Counted from the first letter of the stretch, positions 1 to 10,589 are shown. The stretch is DNA of 64,000 nucleotides from Syntrophales bacterium (GCA_963668175.1 OY764159.1:1152001-1216000), one strand, 5' to 3'. The notes: a model not told the origin generated them from the sequence alone. Translations and numbers: made by a program.

Positions 1-2
1 TG

Positions 3-620
3 GTGGTCACGGACGACAGGGAACTCTACGAACGGTCCGACTGGTATCACGACCACGGCCACGATCACGACCCCACGGTCAGCCGCGCCATGGAAGGGCG
101 GTTCATCCTCGGATTCAACTACCGGATGAACGAACTGCAGGGGGCGCTGGGGCTTGCCCAACTGCGCAAGCTTCCGGCGATCATCGCGGGGCAGAGGAAA
201 AACAAGGACGCTGTCAAGGCCCTGCTGCAAGGGGTTCCGGGACTGAAATTCCGGGAGATACCGGATCCGGACGGCGATACGGCGACGTTCCTCGGCTTCA
301 ATCTGCCCACGGCCGTGAAGGCGGAGCGCTTTCAGAAGGCCCTGGCCGCCGCCGGTGTCGAGACGGTCTGCTTCAAGAAGAACAAGTGGCATTACTGCCC
401 GAACTGGGAGCACCTCATGGCCTGGTCGACGGCCAACTCGAAGAAGTATCCGTTTACGTACCCGACCTACAGGGGCAAGGTGGACTACAGCATTCGCCAC
501 ATCCCACGGGCGGAGGACCTCCTGGGACGAACCCTGTTTATGGCGGTTCCCGTCAGGATGGACGAGGAGAGGCTGGGCGAGATCAAAACGGCCGTCGACA
601 AGGCGGCCCAGGTCGTATAG
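3..620 (+). CDS. DegT/DnrJ/EryC1/StrS PLP aminotransferase, KdnA-like (5'-truncated by window edge)
   Basis: HDHGHDH, GFNYRMNELQGALGLAQLRKL, FREIPDPDGD and NKWHY motifs; directly upstream of hldD. Confidence 0.8.
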   Translation: MVTDDRELYERSDWYHDHGHDHDPTVSRAMEGRFILGFNYRMNELQGALGLAQLRKLPAIIAGQRKNKDAVKALLQGVPGLKFREIPDPDGDTATFLGFNLPTAVKAERFQKALAAAGVETVCFKKNKWHYCPNWEHLMAWSTANSKKYPFTYPTYRGKVDYSIRHIPRAEDLLGRTLFMAVPVRMDEERLGEIKTAVDKAAQVV

Positions 621-649
621 CCGGAACAGACAAGGAGGACAGGCATTTC

Positions 650-1621
650 ATGATCGTTGTAACCGGCGGTGCCGGCTTTATCGGCAGCGCCTTTGTCTGG
701 AAACTGAATACGGAGCGGATCGAAGACATCGTCGTCGTAGACGACCTGGGGACGTCCGGCAAATGGAAGAACCTGGTCAACCGCCGCTTTGCGGACTACA
801 TCCATAAGGACGATTTCATGAAGATGGTCCGGTCCGACGATGTCCCTTTTGCCGTCGAGGCCGTGATTCACATGGGGGCGTGCTCCTCGACGACGGAGCG
901 GGATGCCGACTATCTCATGGAGAACAACTACCGGTACACGCTGCGGCTGGCGGAATGGGCGATGCGCGGAGGGATCCGCTTCATCTATGCCAGCTCGGCG
1001 GCGACGTACGGAGACGGTTCGCAGGGGTTTGCCGACGACGACGGCGTTACGAAGACCCTGCGGCCCATCAACATGTACGGCTATTCCAAGCAGGTCTTCG
1101 ATCTCTGGGCCCTGCGGACCGGTGCCGTCCGGAAGACGGCGGGGATTAAATTCTTCAATGTCTTCGGTCCCAACGAGTATCACAAGGGGGACATGACCAG
1201 CGTCATCTTCAAATCGTTTCACCAAATCAGGGAGACGGGCAAGGTGCGCCTCTTCAAGTCCTACCGGCCGCCGTACGGCGACGGCGGGCAGATGAGGGAT
1301 TTCGTTTACGTCAAGGATTGCGTCGACGTCCTCTGGTGGCTCCTGGTCCACAGAGAAGTCTGCGGGATATATAACCTCGGGACGGCGCAGGCCCGGACCT
1401 GGAACGACCTGGTCACGGCCGTCTTTACGTCCATGGGATTGCCGCCCTCCATCGAATATATCGAGATGCCCGAGGCGATACGGGACCAGTACCAGTACTT
1501 CACGGAAGCGAAAATGGATAAGCTGAAAGCTGCGGGGTGTACGGCAAGCTTCCGGTCTCTCGAAGACGCAGTGCGGGACTATGTTGTAAACCATTTGCAG
1601 AAGGCCGATCCCCATCTTTAA
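650..1621 (+). CDS. hldD: ADP-L-glycero-D-manno-heptose 6-epimerase
   Basis: MIVVTGGAGFIGS, HMGACSSTTE, YASSAATYG, YGYSK, FNVFGPNEYHKG; RBS AAGGAGG before ATG 650. Confidence 0.95.
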   Translation: MIVVTGGAGFIGSAFVWKLNTERIEDIVVVDDLGTSGKWKNLVNRRFADYIHKDDFMKMVRSDDVPFAVEAVIHMGACSSTTERDADYLMENNYRYTLRLAEWAMRGGIRFIYASSAATYGDGSQGFADDDGVTKTLRPINMYGYSKQVFDLWALRTGAVRKTAGIKFFNVFGPNEYHKGDMTSVIFKSFHQIRETGKVRLFKSYRPPYGDGGQMRDFVYVKDCVDVLWWLLVHREVCGIYNLGTAQARTWNDLVTAVFTSMGLPPSIEYIEMPEAIRDQYQYFTEAKMDKLKAAGCTASFRSLEDAVRDYVVNHLQKADPHL

Positions 1622-1799
1622 CGGGCAACTGGCGAAGCGTGCCCCGGCGAGACGCAGGTGCGTTTCCGCCTGAGCCGAATTTGCACGTGCCACACAGTCT
1701 TGATCGCCGGGGCCGGCGGTGGGGGGATGTTACGGGTCCGGGATCATTGCGGGGGTATATCGGGGATGTCCCGGTATCAAAACATTTACGGGAGGAAAT

Positions 1800-2852
1800 A
1801 TGACTTCAGACAGGGAAAAAGCGGTTGATCTGGCCATCAGCCAAATTGAACGTCAGTTTGGCAAGGGCTCCATCATGCGTTTGGGGGGGGACGAGAAGAT
1901 AAGCGATGTTCCGGCCATATCGACGGGCGCCTTGAGCCTTGATATCGCCCTGGGGATCGGCGGCGTTCCCCGCGGCAGGATCGTGGAGATCTTCGGTCCC
2001 GAGTCCGGCGGCAAGACGACGCTGGCCCTCCATATCGTCGCCGAAGCGCAGAAAATGAACGGACTGGCGGCCTTCATCGATGCCGAGCACGCCCTCGACG
2101 TGACCTATGCGAGGAAGATCGGGGTCAACACCGACGACCTCCTGATCTCTCAGCCCGATACGGGTGAGCAGGCCCTGGAAATTGCGGAAACCCTGGTCCG
2201 AAGCGGAGCGCTCGATGTCCTGGTCGTCGATTCCGTGGCCGCCCTCGTGCCGAAGGCGGAGATCGAGGGGGAAATGGGGGACGCCCAGATGGGGCTCCAG
2301 GCCCGACTGATGTCGCAGGCCCTGCGGAAACTCACGGGGAGCATCAGCAAATCGAAGACGACGGTGATCTTCATCAACCAGTTGCGCATGAAGATAGGGG
2401 TATTCTTCGGCAATCCAGAGACAACGACGGGCGGCAACGCCTTGAAATTCTACTCCACCATGCGCCTCGACATCCGCAAGGTCAACGTCATCAAACAGGG
2501 GCAGGATGTGGTAGGCATGCGGACCAAAGTCAAAGTCGTCAAGAACAAGCTGGCCCCGCCGTTTAGGGAGACGGAATTCGACATCATCTTCGGCGAAGGC
2601 ATCTCGCGGCTGGGCGACGTCATCGATCTGGCCTCCGAGGCCGGCGTCATCGAAAAGAGCGGCGCCTGGTATTCTTACAAGGGTGAGCGTCTCGGCCAGG
2701 GCAGGGACAACACGAAGGTCATGCTTACGGAAAACAAGGCCATGCTGGGTGAAATCGAGGCGCAGGTGAGGGCGAAGCACGGACTCGCCGCCGCGGTGGC
2801 GGAAGAGAAGGCGGAAAAGCCGGAGAAACCGGCGAAGCATGAGAAGAAGTAA
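1800..2852 (+). CDS. recA: Recombinase RecA
   Basis: [49 protein letters not shown]. Confidence 0.99.
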   Translation: MTSDREKAVDLAISQIERQFGKGSIMRLGGDEKISDVPAISTGALSLDIALGIGGVPRGRIVEIFGPESGGKTTLALHIVAEAQKMNGLAAFIDAEHALDVTYARKIGVNTDDLLISQPDTGEQALEIAETLVRSGALDVLVVDSVAALVPKAEIEGEMGDAQMGLQARLMSQALRKLTGSISKSKTTVIFINQLRMKIGVFFGNPETTTGGNALKFYSTMRLDIRKVNVIKQGQDVVGMRTKVKVVKNKLAPPFRETEFDIIFGEGISRLGDVIDLASEAGVIEKSGAWYSYKGERLGQGRDNTKVMLTENKAMLGEIEAQVRAKHGLAAAVAEEKAEKPEKPAKHEKK

Positions 2853-3343
2853 TGGCCGCGGACCCGCTTTTTGAGCGCGCCTTGCAAAAATCGTATCGCC
2901 TGCTGTCGCTTCGGGCGAGAAGTGAAAAGGAACTACGGCAGAAGCTGGCTCTGAGAGGGTTTGACGAGGACACCGTCGACGCGGCCGTTGCCCGGCTTTA
3001 CGAACTGGGCTATCTCGGCGACGAGAGCTTTGCGCGGCAGTGGGCCAGGCACCTTGCCGTCGACAAACTGCTGGGAGACAGGAAGATAGCGGCGAGTCTT
3101 GCGGAAAAAGGCATAGAGAGGAATGAGGCCCATAAGGCCATTCGCGAGGCGAGGCGGGAATTAAGCGAAGCAGAAGCCTTAAGAAGGCTGTTGGAGAAGA
3201 AGCGGCGTCCCGGGGGGGCGGCCATGGACGAGAAGCTGAGGAGGAGACACTTCCGGAGCCTGCTTGCCAAAGGTTTTCCCACGGGTTTGATTTATGAGGT
3301 CATGAATTCAAAGGAGGAGTGTCAATATGATGACGGGCAGTGA
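2852..3343 (+). CDS. recX: Regulatory protein RecX
   Basis: LLSLRARSEKELRQKL, GYLGDESFA, KGF motifs; overlaps the recA stop. Confidence 0.9.
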   Translation: MAADPLFERALQKSYRLLSLRARSEKELRQKLALRGFDEDTVDAAVARLYELGYLGDESFARQWARHLAVDKLLGDRKIAASLAEKGIERNEAHKAIREARRELSEAEALRRLLEKKRRPGGAAMDEKLRRRHFRSLLAKGFPTGLIYEVMNSKEECQYDDGQ

Positions 3344-5960
3344 GATCAGGCAACGTTTTCTTAAGTTCTTTGCAGAGCGGGGACATACGATTGTTCCCAG
3401 TTCGGGCCTTATCCCCAAGGACGATCCGACGTTGCTGTTCACCAACTCCGGCATGGTCCAGTTCAAGAACTGCTTCCTGGGACTCGAAGATAGAGGCTAT
3501 ACGCGCGCGACGTCATCGCAGAAGTCGGTGAGGGCAGGGGGAAAGCACAACGACCTGGAGAATGTCGGCTATACGGCCCGGCATCACACCTTTTTTGAAA
3601 TGCTGGGGAATTTCTCCTTCGGCGATTACTTCAAGAAAGAATCGATCGCCTGGGGGTGGGAATTTCTGACGGAAACCATGGGGATTCCGAAGGAGAAACT
3701 GTGGATCACCATCTACCAGGACGACGACGAGGCCTTCGAAATATGGAATAAACAGGTAGGGGTGCCGACGGAGCGGATTGTCCGCATGGGAATGGAAAGC
3801 AATTTCTGGATGATGGGAGAGACCGGCCCCTGCGGACCCTGCTCGGAAATCCTCTACGATCAGGGGCCCGGTGTCGGATGCGGCCGGCCGGAATGCAGCG
3901 TGGAATGCGACTGCGACCGCCACCTGGAAATATGGAACCACGTCTTCACCCAGTTCGACCGCGACAAGGACGGTAATTTGACACCGCTCCCGAAGCCCAA
4001 TATCGACACGGGCATGGGGCTGGAACGCCTGGCTGCCGTGATTCAGGGTTTCCCGAGCAATTACGATACGGACTTTTTCATGCCGATCATCCGGTTCATC
4101 GGCAAGATCAGCGGCAAGACATACCGGGTCAACGAGGAAAACGACGTCTCCATGAGGGTCATTGCCGACCACAGCCGGGCGGTGACCTTCCTGATCGGGG
4201 ACGGCGTGTTGCCGAGCAACGAGGGCCGGGGCTATGTCCTCCGCAGGATCCTCCGGCGGGCGGCCCGCCACGGGAAGCTACTCGGCATGGACAAGCCGTT
4301 CCTCAACGAGGTCGTGTCCGTCGTCGTGGAGGTGATGAAAGACGCCTATCCGGACCTCGTCGACAAGGAATCCTACATTCGAAAAGTCGTCGTCAACGAA
4401 GAGCAGCGCTTCACCGACACACTCGATTCGGGACTTAAGATTCTCAACGAGGAAGTGAAGGCCCTGAAGGCATCGGGAAAGAACGTGGTGCCCGGAGACG
4501 TGGTCTTCAAGCTGTACGATACCTTCGGCTTCCCCGTCGATCTCACGGCGGACATCGTCAGGAAAGACGGCCTCACGCTCGATATGGAGAAATTCGAAGC
4601 GTGCATGGAGGCCCAGCGGGAGAAGGCCCGCGAATCGTGGAAGGGAAGCGGCGAGCAGGCCGTGGCCGACAGCTATATGAAGCTCGCGACCCGGGGCATC
4701 GCCACCAGCTTTGTCGGCTATCACGGGCTCACCGAGGCGAAATCGGTGGTGACGGCCATCCTGAAGAAAGACGCCGACGTGACGACGATTGCGGAGGGCG
4801 ACAATGCGGAGATTTTCGTGGAGGAAACCCCGTTTTATGGGGAAAAGGGCGGTCAGGTCGGCGATACGGGCGTCATCGAAGGAGACGGATTCCTGTTCGA
4901 AGTCTGGGATGCCCAGTGTCCCACGGAAAACCTGATCACGCACATCGGCAAGCTCAAGAAAGGAAAGCTCTCCGTCGGGGATGTCGCGGATTTGAAAGTG
5001 GACGTGGAGAGACGGCGGGCCATCGAGGCCCATCATTCGGGTACGCATCTCCTGAATGCCGCCCTGCGAGAGACCCTGGGCGACCACGTCAAGCAATCGG
5101 GCTCTCTGGTCACGCCTGAGCGCCTCCGTTTCGACTTTACGCATTTTTCGAAAATAGAAGATGACGAGATGGATCGGATCGAAATGAGGGCGAACGAATT
5201 CATCCAGGCGAACGCCGACGTCAATACGAGGGTTCTCCCCAAGGAAGAGGCGATGAAGACGGGTGCCGCAGCCGTTTTCGACGAAAAATACAGCGACGAC
5301 GTGCGCGTCGTTAAGATGGGGGAATACAGCGCGGAGCTGTGCGGGGGTACCCACGTGGAAAAGACGGGCGACATCGGCCTCATTAAAGTGATCAACGAAT
5401 CATCGGTGGCCGCCGGCGTCCGGAGAATCGAGGCCGTGACGGGGAAAGAAGCCATCAAGCATTTCAAATCCGTCGAAACGGAGCTGAAGAAGGCGGCCGC
5501 CCTCCTCAAGGCCGCCCCCGCCGAAGTGGCGGAAAGGACCGAGAAGCTTCTGAAGCATCAGAAAGACCTGGAGAAGGAAATCGAAACGCTCAAGGGAAAA
5601 CTGGCGGCCAAGGATTCGGCCGATATCATGAGTAAGTTAAAGGAGATCAAGGGCGTTCGTGTCCTGGCCAGCGCCGTCGACGTGGCCGATGTGAAAACAC
5701 TGCGCGATCTGGGTGATAAGCTCCGCGACCGGATTCAATCCGGGATCATTCTTCTGGGAAGCAGGGCGGAAGGCAAGGCGATGCTCCTGTGCCTCATTAC
5801 CAAGGATTTGACCGACCGTTACAAGGCGGGAGACATCATCAAAACCATCGCTCCGATCGTGGGCGGAAGCGGCGGAGGCCGGCCCGACATGGCGCAGGCC
5901 GGGGGACCCAAGCCGGAAAACCTGGATCAGGCCCTGGCCAAACTCGAATCGATCATCTGA
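3327..5960 (+). CDS. alaS: Alanine--tRNA ligase
   Basis: DPTLLFTNSGMVQFK, HHTFFEMLGNFSFGDYFK, ELCGGTH, GGGRPDMAQAGG. Confidence 0.99.
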   Translation: MMTGSEIRQRFLKFFAERGHTIVPSSGLIPKDDPTLLFTNSGMVQFKNCFLGLEDRGYTRATSSQKSVRAGGKHNDLENVGYTARHHTFFEMLGNFSFGDYFKKESIAWGWEFLTETMGIPKEKLWITIYQDDDEAFEIWNKQVGVPTERIVRMGMESNFWMMGETGPCGPCSEILYDQGPGVGCGRPECSVECDCDRHLEIWNHVFTQFDRDKDGNLTPLPKPNIDTGMGLERLAAVIQGFPSNYDTDFFMPIIRFIGKISGKTYRVNEENDVSMRVIADHSRAVTFLIGDGVLPSNEGRGYVLRRILRRAARHGKLLGMDKPFLNEVVSVVVEVMKDAYPDLVDKESYIRKVVVNEEQRFTDTLDSGLKILNEEVKALKASGKNVVPGDVVFKLYDTFGFPVDLTADIVRKDGLTLDMEKFEACMEAQREKARESWKGSGEQAVADSYMKLATRGIATSFVGYHGLTEAKSVVTAILKKDADVTTIAEGDNAEIFVEETPFYGEKGGQVGDTGVIEGDGFLFEVWDAQCPTENLITHIGKLKKGKLSVGDVADLKVDVERRRAIEAHHSGTHLLNAALRETLGDHVKQSGSLVTPERLRFDFTHFSKIEDDEMDRIEMRANEFIQANADVNTRVLPKEEAMKTGAAAVFDEKYSDDVRVVKMGEYSAELCGGTHVEKTGDIGLIKVINESSVAAGVRRIEAVTGKEAIKHFKSVETELKKAAALLKAAPAEVAERTEKLLKHQKDLEKEIETLKGKLAAKDSADIMSKLKEIKGVRVLASAVDVADVKTLRDLGDKLRDRIQSGIILLGSRAEGKAMLLCLITKDLTDRYKAGDIIKTIAPIVGGSGGGRPDMAQAGGPKPENLDQALAKLESII

Positions 5961-6012
5961 TCCGACATAATCCGGAGGCAGGATGCTGGTCGTTCCCGCC
6001 TCCCGGAACCGA

Positions 6013-6525
6013 CTAGATTTCCTTTTCAAGCTTCATGTAGGTTTCTATGTCCGGCGTATAGATAACGACCGAACCATCGCTCTTCTCGATAACCGCAGTC
6101 GTCGCTTTGGGAATGGAATACCAGATGCCGATCTGCTGGTTGTTCTTATCGACGATCGTAAATCCCCAAGCCGGATGATTCATGGACCTCAGGTAGGATT
6201 CCATGCCGGTTATCATGTCCTTGAGCTGTTCCGGCTTTTTAACCTTTTTCCAGAGGTCGGCGGGTTCAAGCCGCAATCCTTTCTTGATGCCCAGTACGGC
6301 GATTGGATGGGCATCGGGACCGCTGGAATAATAGTTATAGGCGGGATCGAACGTATAGCTCTCGAAACTATTTCTGGCGTCGTCGCTGGCCTTGAACACG
6401 CCCCAGTTCTGATACTTCATTGCGCCGCAGCCCGTAAGCAGAATACCCGCAATCACGAGTGCTGTTCCGGCCGTCAGGAAAAAACGCCTCACGATTGTGA
6501 TCGATATTTTGTGTAACCGATTCAT
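6013..6525 (-). CDS. Hypothetical lipoprotein
   Basis: Hydrophobic signal with lipobox LLTGC; RBS GGAGGGG before ATG 6525. Confidence 0.7.
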   Translation of the reverse strand: MNRLHKISITIVRRFFLTAGTALVIAGILLTGCGAMKYQNWGVFKASDDARNSFESYTFDPAYNYYSSGPDAHPIAVLGIKKGLRLEPADLWKKVKKPEQLKDMITGMESYLRSMNHPAWGFTIVDKNNQQIGIWYSIPKATTAVIEKSDGSVVIYTPDIETYMKLEKEI

Positions 6526-6659
6526 TTTCTTCCCCTCCCCTGGTCCGTATGACTTTTTAACTATTATATGCATCATGGCTGAGATTGGCAAATCATTCCC
6601 ATTGTCCGTCGTGCTTTCCCCGCCGTGGATGACGGAAGAAGGGCGTCGGCCGTGCTTCG

Positions 6660-7808
6660 TTAGAGAAGATTGAAGTAATCCCGGCGACAGGCTTCTTCGG
6701 TTGCGGACAGCCGTCGGAAGGCATCGTTATAGTCCGTGAGGCCGGCCGTGAATATCCCATGCCCGTAGACAATGGCGGCGTTTCCGGTCAGCATGGCCGG
6801 TGGAACGGTGTGGCTCAGACCCTTGGGACCGCCGCCGGCCTCTCCGGGCACAATGGGCACCCCGGCTGCAAATCGATCGTAAGGGCAATCGGTCTGGCAA
6901 ATGTCCCCGGCTTTGCAGTCGGGCCGGTCGCAGGCCATGGATAGGATAACGGTGAATTTCGGATGGCCGTGCAGTATCGTCCGATACGCCGTCGCGGTCA
7001 GAATCCGACGATGGGCCGGAAACTCGGTCGAGACCGTTTTCGGAACGGGTTTTTCCGGCAGGAGAGAAACGGGGACGATTCCGTCGGTCAGTTCGTCGAG
7101 GGCGCTTCCCGTCCTGCTGATATAAAGCGTATCGTCCAGGCGGCAGGAAATGTTGCCGAAGGTCGAATCGACGAGACCGGATGCGACCAAAAGCTTCCCC
7201 GCCTCGTCCATGGCGCGAAGGACCTCTCGCTCGGCGGTGAAAGGGCCTGTCATCAAATGGTCCGGTAATTCCGGTACGGCTTTTAACCGGTCCACCGCCC
7301 TGACGAAGGCGTCCTTCCGCTTTCGGTCCGGCTTTCCCTGACGGGCCTCTGCCAGATAATCGGTAAAGAACTTGACGAATATCGCGAAGCAGACGGAGCT
7401 GATCGCTACGAATGCCATGTCCAGGCTGCCGGCAGTGGCGACAATGCCCCGGTTGCGTACGATGACGCCGCGCCTGTTTTTCAGGGCGGCGGCAAGGCCG
7501 TCACGCTGAAATCCTGACACGACGGGCAGATCGCGCAACAGCAAGCGGGTTTCGAAATCCCGGGGATAAATCGCACCGGGTGTGTCCTCTGTGAGAAAAT
7601 CGATTATGGTTTTATAGGGTTCGGCCGGCTCAACGTACAGAAGGACGTCGCGGTCCAACAAGGCCAGGGCGCCCGCAAGGTCCGCCGCCGCGGCGTTCCC
7701 GGTATCGGATATGAAGGCCGGCTCTCTGAAGACGGTCAGGGAGGACCCGCGGGCGGTTAACCCGGCCCGGATCATCTTTTCTTCGTACTTTTGTATCGTA
7801 ATGTTCAT
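6660..7808 (-). CDS. Class II aldolase/adducin family protein with a degenerate N-terminal aldolase-like domain
   Basis: GLVDSTFGNIS, STEFPAHRRI, ILHGHP, IVYGHGIF. Confidence 0.85.
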   Translation of the reverse strand: MNITIQKYEEKMIRAGLTARGSSLTVFREPAFISDTGNAAAADLAGALALLDRDVLLYVEPAEPYKTIIDFLTEDTPGAIYPRDFETRLLLRDLPVVSGFQRDGLAAALKNRRGVIVRNRGIVATAGSLDMAFVAISSVCFAIFVKFFTDYLAEARQGKPDRKRKDAFVRAVDRLKAVPELPDHLMTGPFTAEREVLRAMDEAGKLLVASGLVDSTFGNISCRLDDTLYISRTGSALDELTDGIVPVSLLPEKPVPKTVSTEFPAHRRILTATAYRTILHGHPKFTVILSMACDRPDCKAGDICQTDCPYDRFAAGVPIVPGEAGGGPKGLSHTVPPAMLTGNAAIVYGHGIFTAGLTDYNDAFRRLSATEEACRRDYFNLL

Positions 7809-7913
7809 AGGTATGTGTCTATCAATAGGTATACCGGAGTATGCTTCGGCAGGAAGGCCAGGATTGGGTTCGGAATAAAAGACAGCGGTGCAATTGTTTC
7901 ATCTGGTCTCACT

Positions 7914-8939
7914 TCACCGCTGCGGTTCGATAATGACTTTCATGGAGGCCCCGGAGCCCGCCACCAGGCGGAAACCTTCTCCCGTTTCGGCGAGGCTCAG
8001 GCGGTGGGTAATCATCTCCTTCACGGCGACTCGCCCGAGCCGCAGAAGATCGATGGCCACGACGGCATCAAGAGGGGCGTTGCCGTATGACGGCGTGATC
8101 TTGATCTCGTTGCGCCAGAATTCGTTGATCGGAACGGAGAGGTTCACGCCGGGTTCGGTTGTGGCGAAGCAGAGGATCGTTCCTCCCCTGTCCGCCGAGT
8201 GGAGGGCCTGTTCGAAAGCGGACGGGGCTCCCGTGCAGACGATCACCAAATCGGCCAGCCTGCCGTTGTTCAGGGCGCGGAATTTCGCCGGGATGTCGTC
8301 CCGGGCGTCGAGGGTGGCGCTGGCTCCCAGCCGCCCGGCCATGTCGAGGCTGAATTTCCGGACATCGGTCGTTACGATCGTCCCCGCACCGGCTGCCCTG
8401 GCTAGAAGGAGGTGGAGAAGTCCGGATATGCCGCTTCCCAGGATGAGAATGGATTGGCCGGCTTGCAGGCCGGCGATTCTCTGGCCGCGAACGACGCAGG
8501 CTAAGGGCTCGATAAAGACGCCTTCCTCATAGGACAGGCTGTCGGGGAGCGGAAAGACGCCGCGATCGACATTCAGAGCCGGAACACGGATGAACTCGGC
8601 GAAGCCCCCGGGGTCGTAGTTGGTCGTGTGAAGGGTTTCGCACGCCGTATGGTGACCCCTCAGGCAATAATGGCACGTATTGCACGGGATATGATGGGAG
8701 ACGAAGACGCGTTGTCCGGGACGGTATTGCCTGACGTCTGCGCCGACTTCGACGATGTCCCCCGCAATCTCGTGCCCCAGGACGAGGGGGGCCTTCTTGA
8801 TGCGGTACCACTCCAGAACGTCGCTCCCGCAGATGCCGCTTGCGATGACCTTCACCAGGATCTCTCCCGCTCCGATTCCCGGACGGGGCCTTTCTTCCAG
8901 GCGGACGTCGTCGTTTCGGTAGTATACGGCTACGCGCAT
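7914..8939 (-). CDS. Zinc-dependent dehydrogenase (MDR, sorbitol/iditol dehydrogenase-like)
   Basis: GICGSD, GHE, CNTCHYC...C structural Zn motif, GSGISG. Confidence 0.92.
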   Translation of the reverse strand: MRVAVYYRNDDVRLEERPRPGIGAGEILVKVIASGICGSDVLEWYRIKKAPLVLGHEIAGDIVEVGADVRQYRPGQRVFVSHHIPCNTCHYCLRGHHTACETLHTTNYDPGGFAEFIRVPALNVDRGVFPLPDSLSYEEGVFIEPLACVVRGQRIAGLQAGQSILILGSGISGLLHLLLARAAGAGTIVTTDVRKFSLDMAGRLGASATLDARDDIPAKFRALNNGRLADLVIVCTGAPSAFEQALHSADRGGTILCFATTEPGVNLSVPINEFWRNEIKITPSYGNAPLDAVVAIDLLRLGRVAVKEMITHRLSLAETGEGFRLVAGSGASMKVIIEPQR

Positions 8940-9104
8940 CTTCAGTTCTCCGACAAGTTTTTCATGCACCGGCGATATTGCCTCGGCGGCTGCTTCACAC
9001 GGACCGGGCTCCATTCCGACGGCGACGGGCCTCAATCAGGCAAGACCGTTATTCCTCCCGGACCCGGGAGGCAACTATTGCAGCGTCCTCGACTGCGCCA
9101 ACGA

Positions 9105-9899
9105 TTACTTTCGTTTTTTTACTGTGCTGTTATAGAGATCGAGGGCTTCGGTCGGTGACATATTCTTGTGAATGATGCCGTGGAGCGCCTTGGCCATCGC
9201 CACCGGGTTGGGGGACTGCCAGACATTCCGGCCCAGGTTCACGCCGATGGCGCCGTTCTGAATGCCGTCATGGACAAATTCCAGGACTTCCAGCGCCGTT
9301 TCGCACTTGGGGCCGCCGGCGAGGACGACCGGTACGGGACAGCCGTAGACGACCTTGTCGAAGTTTTTGCACCAGTAAGTCTTGACGACGCGGGCGCCAA
9401 GTTCGGCGGCAATACGGCTGGCCAACGCCAGGTAGCGGGCGTCCCTCTTCTCCAGTTCCTTGCCGACGGCCGTCACGGCCATGACAGGGATGCCGAAATC
9501 TTCACAGTCGTTCACCAGTTCGGCCAGGTTGGTCAGGGATTCCTTTTCGTAGTCGGTACCGACAAAGATCGACATGCCCACCGCGGCGGCGTTGAGACGG
9601 ATGATCTCCTCGATGGAAGTCGTGATGCCTTCGTTGGCCAGGTCGGCGCCGATGACGCTGGGCCCGCCGGATACGCGGAGGATGATGGGCAGGCTCTTTT
9701 CCGGAGGCAGGCACGCCCGCAGGACGCCCCGTGTGACAAAGATGGCGTCGCAATAAGGCAACAGCGGCTTGATCGTTTCCTGCGGCCTTTCCAGACAACT
9801 CGTCGGGCCCTGAAAATAACCGTGGTCTATCGGCATAAAGAAGCAGCGGCCATCCGGCTGGATGAGCTGCGACATTCTGTTTTGCATTCCCCAATCCAT
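9105..9899 (-). CDS. lsrF: LsrF-type thiolase / DhnA-family class I aldolase
   Basis: MDWGMQNRMS, DHGYFQGPT, RIAAELGARVVKTY, AGGPK, GVNLGRNVWQS. Confidence 0.9.
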   Translation of the reverse strand: MDWGMQNRMSQLIQPDGRCFFMPIDHGYFQGPTSCLERPQETIKPLLPYCDAIFVTRGVLRACLPPEKSLPIILRVSGGPSVIGADLANEGITTSIEEIIRLNAAAVGMSIFVGTDYEKESLTNLAELVNDCEDFGIPVMAVTAVGKELEKRDARYLALASRIAAELGARVVKTYWCKNFDKVVYGCPVPVVLAGGPKCETALEVLEFVHDGIQNGAIGVNLGRNVWQSPNPVAMAKALHGIIHKNMSPTEALDLYNSTVKKRK

Positions 9900-10105
9900 A
9901 TGCAATCCTCCTTGTTCTTATCTTGGGTGAATTCTCCCGGATTTTTTGCCGGAACCGGGACGAAAAATGACGACGCGGAAACACCTCGTCCGCAACGATC
10001 AGTCCTTATCATAATTAACAAAACAGGGACAACATAAATTGGATAACGGAGAAGACCCGCGGCCGGAACTGTACAGGTCTCGCCGAACAGGCGAGTACTT
10101 TTCCC

Positions 10106-10134
10106 TTGCCGTTACCCGATTGTTGCATTAAAAT
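10106..10134 (+). promoter_or_regulatory. Putative sigma-70 promoter of the PilZ gene
   Basis: TTGCCG-17 bp-TAAAAT. Confidence 0.45.
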
Positions 10135-10215
10135 CATAAATGGAAAGATTGGTGAACAACCCTCTGTACGAGGAAGAGGATTTTGATCCGATATCCGGAG
10201 GAAGGAGAGGAAATC

Positions 10216-10503
10216 ATGACGGGAGGAAAGACCGGGGAGTCTCGGGCTGCGGAACGCAGGCCTCTGCAGACGGATGTCGAGTTCATCGTGGATGGGGATA
10301 TCGAATCGGCCACATCGGTCAATGTGTCGGAAACGGGAATCCGTTTCGATACCCGCAAGCCCATGAAAGTGCGCATGCGGTTCGATATGGAGGGCCGGAA
10401 ACAGGAGTTTGTTGCCCTTCTGGTCTGGGCCGGGAGAAACGCCGACGAGACAATGGCCTACGGCTTTGAGTTTATTCCCGACGATGACGAGGGTGTCTTT
10501 TAA
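10216..10503 (+). CDS. PilZ domain protein
   Basis: RAAERR (RxxxR) and NVSETG (D/NxSxxG) motifs, YGFEF. Confidence 0.8.
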   Translation: MTGGKTGESRAAERRPLQTDVEFIVDGDIESATSVNVSETGIRFDTRKPMKVRMRFDMEGRKQEFVALLVWAGRNADETMAYGFEFIPDDDEGVF

Positions 10504-10544
10504 CTGAACAGCGGAAGGTGACGAATCCGATATTTGGACAAGAG

Positions 10545-10583
10545 AGAGGGCAGGCCGCTGCGAGCGGCCTGCCCTCTTTTTTT
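10545..10583. terminator. Rho-independent terminator between convergent genes
   Basis: AGAGGGCAGGCCGCT-GCG-AGCGGCCTGCCCTCT followed by a T run. Confidence 0.85.
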
Positions 10584-10589
10584 GTGTTG

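Noticed and set aside
1622..1799. LexA box upstream of recA
   Set aside because: No recognisable SOS-box pattern
10048..10095. Glycine riboswitch (GGAGA...CGCCGAA)
   Set aside because: No CUCUCAGG element or second aptamer, and the context does not fit
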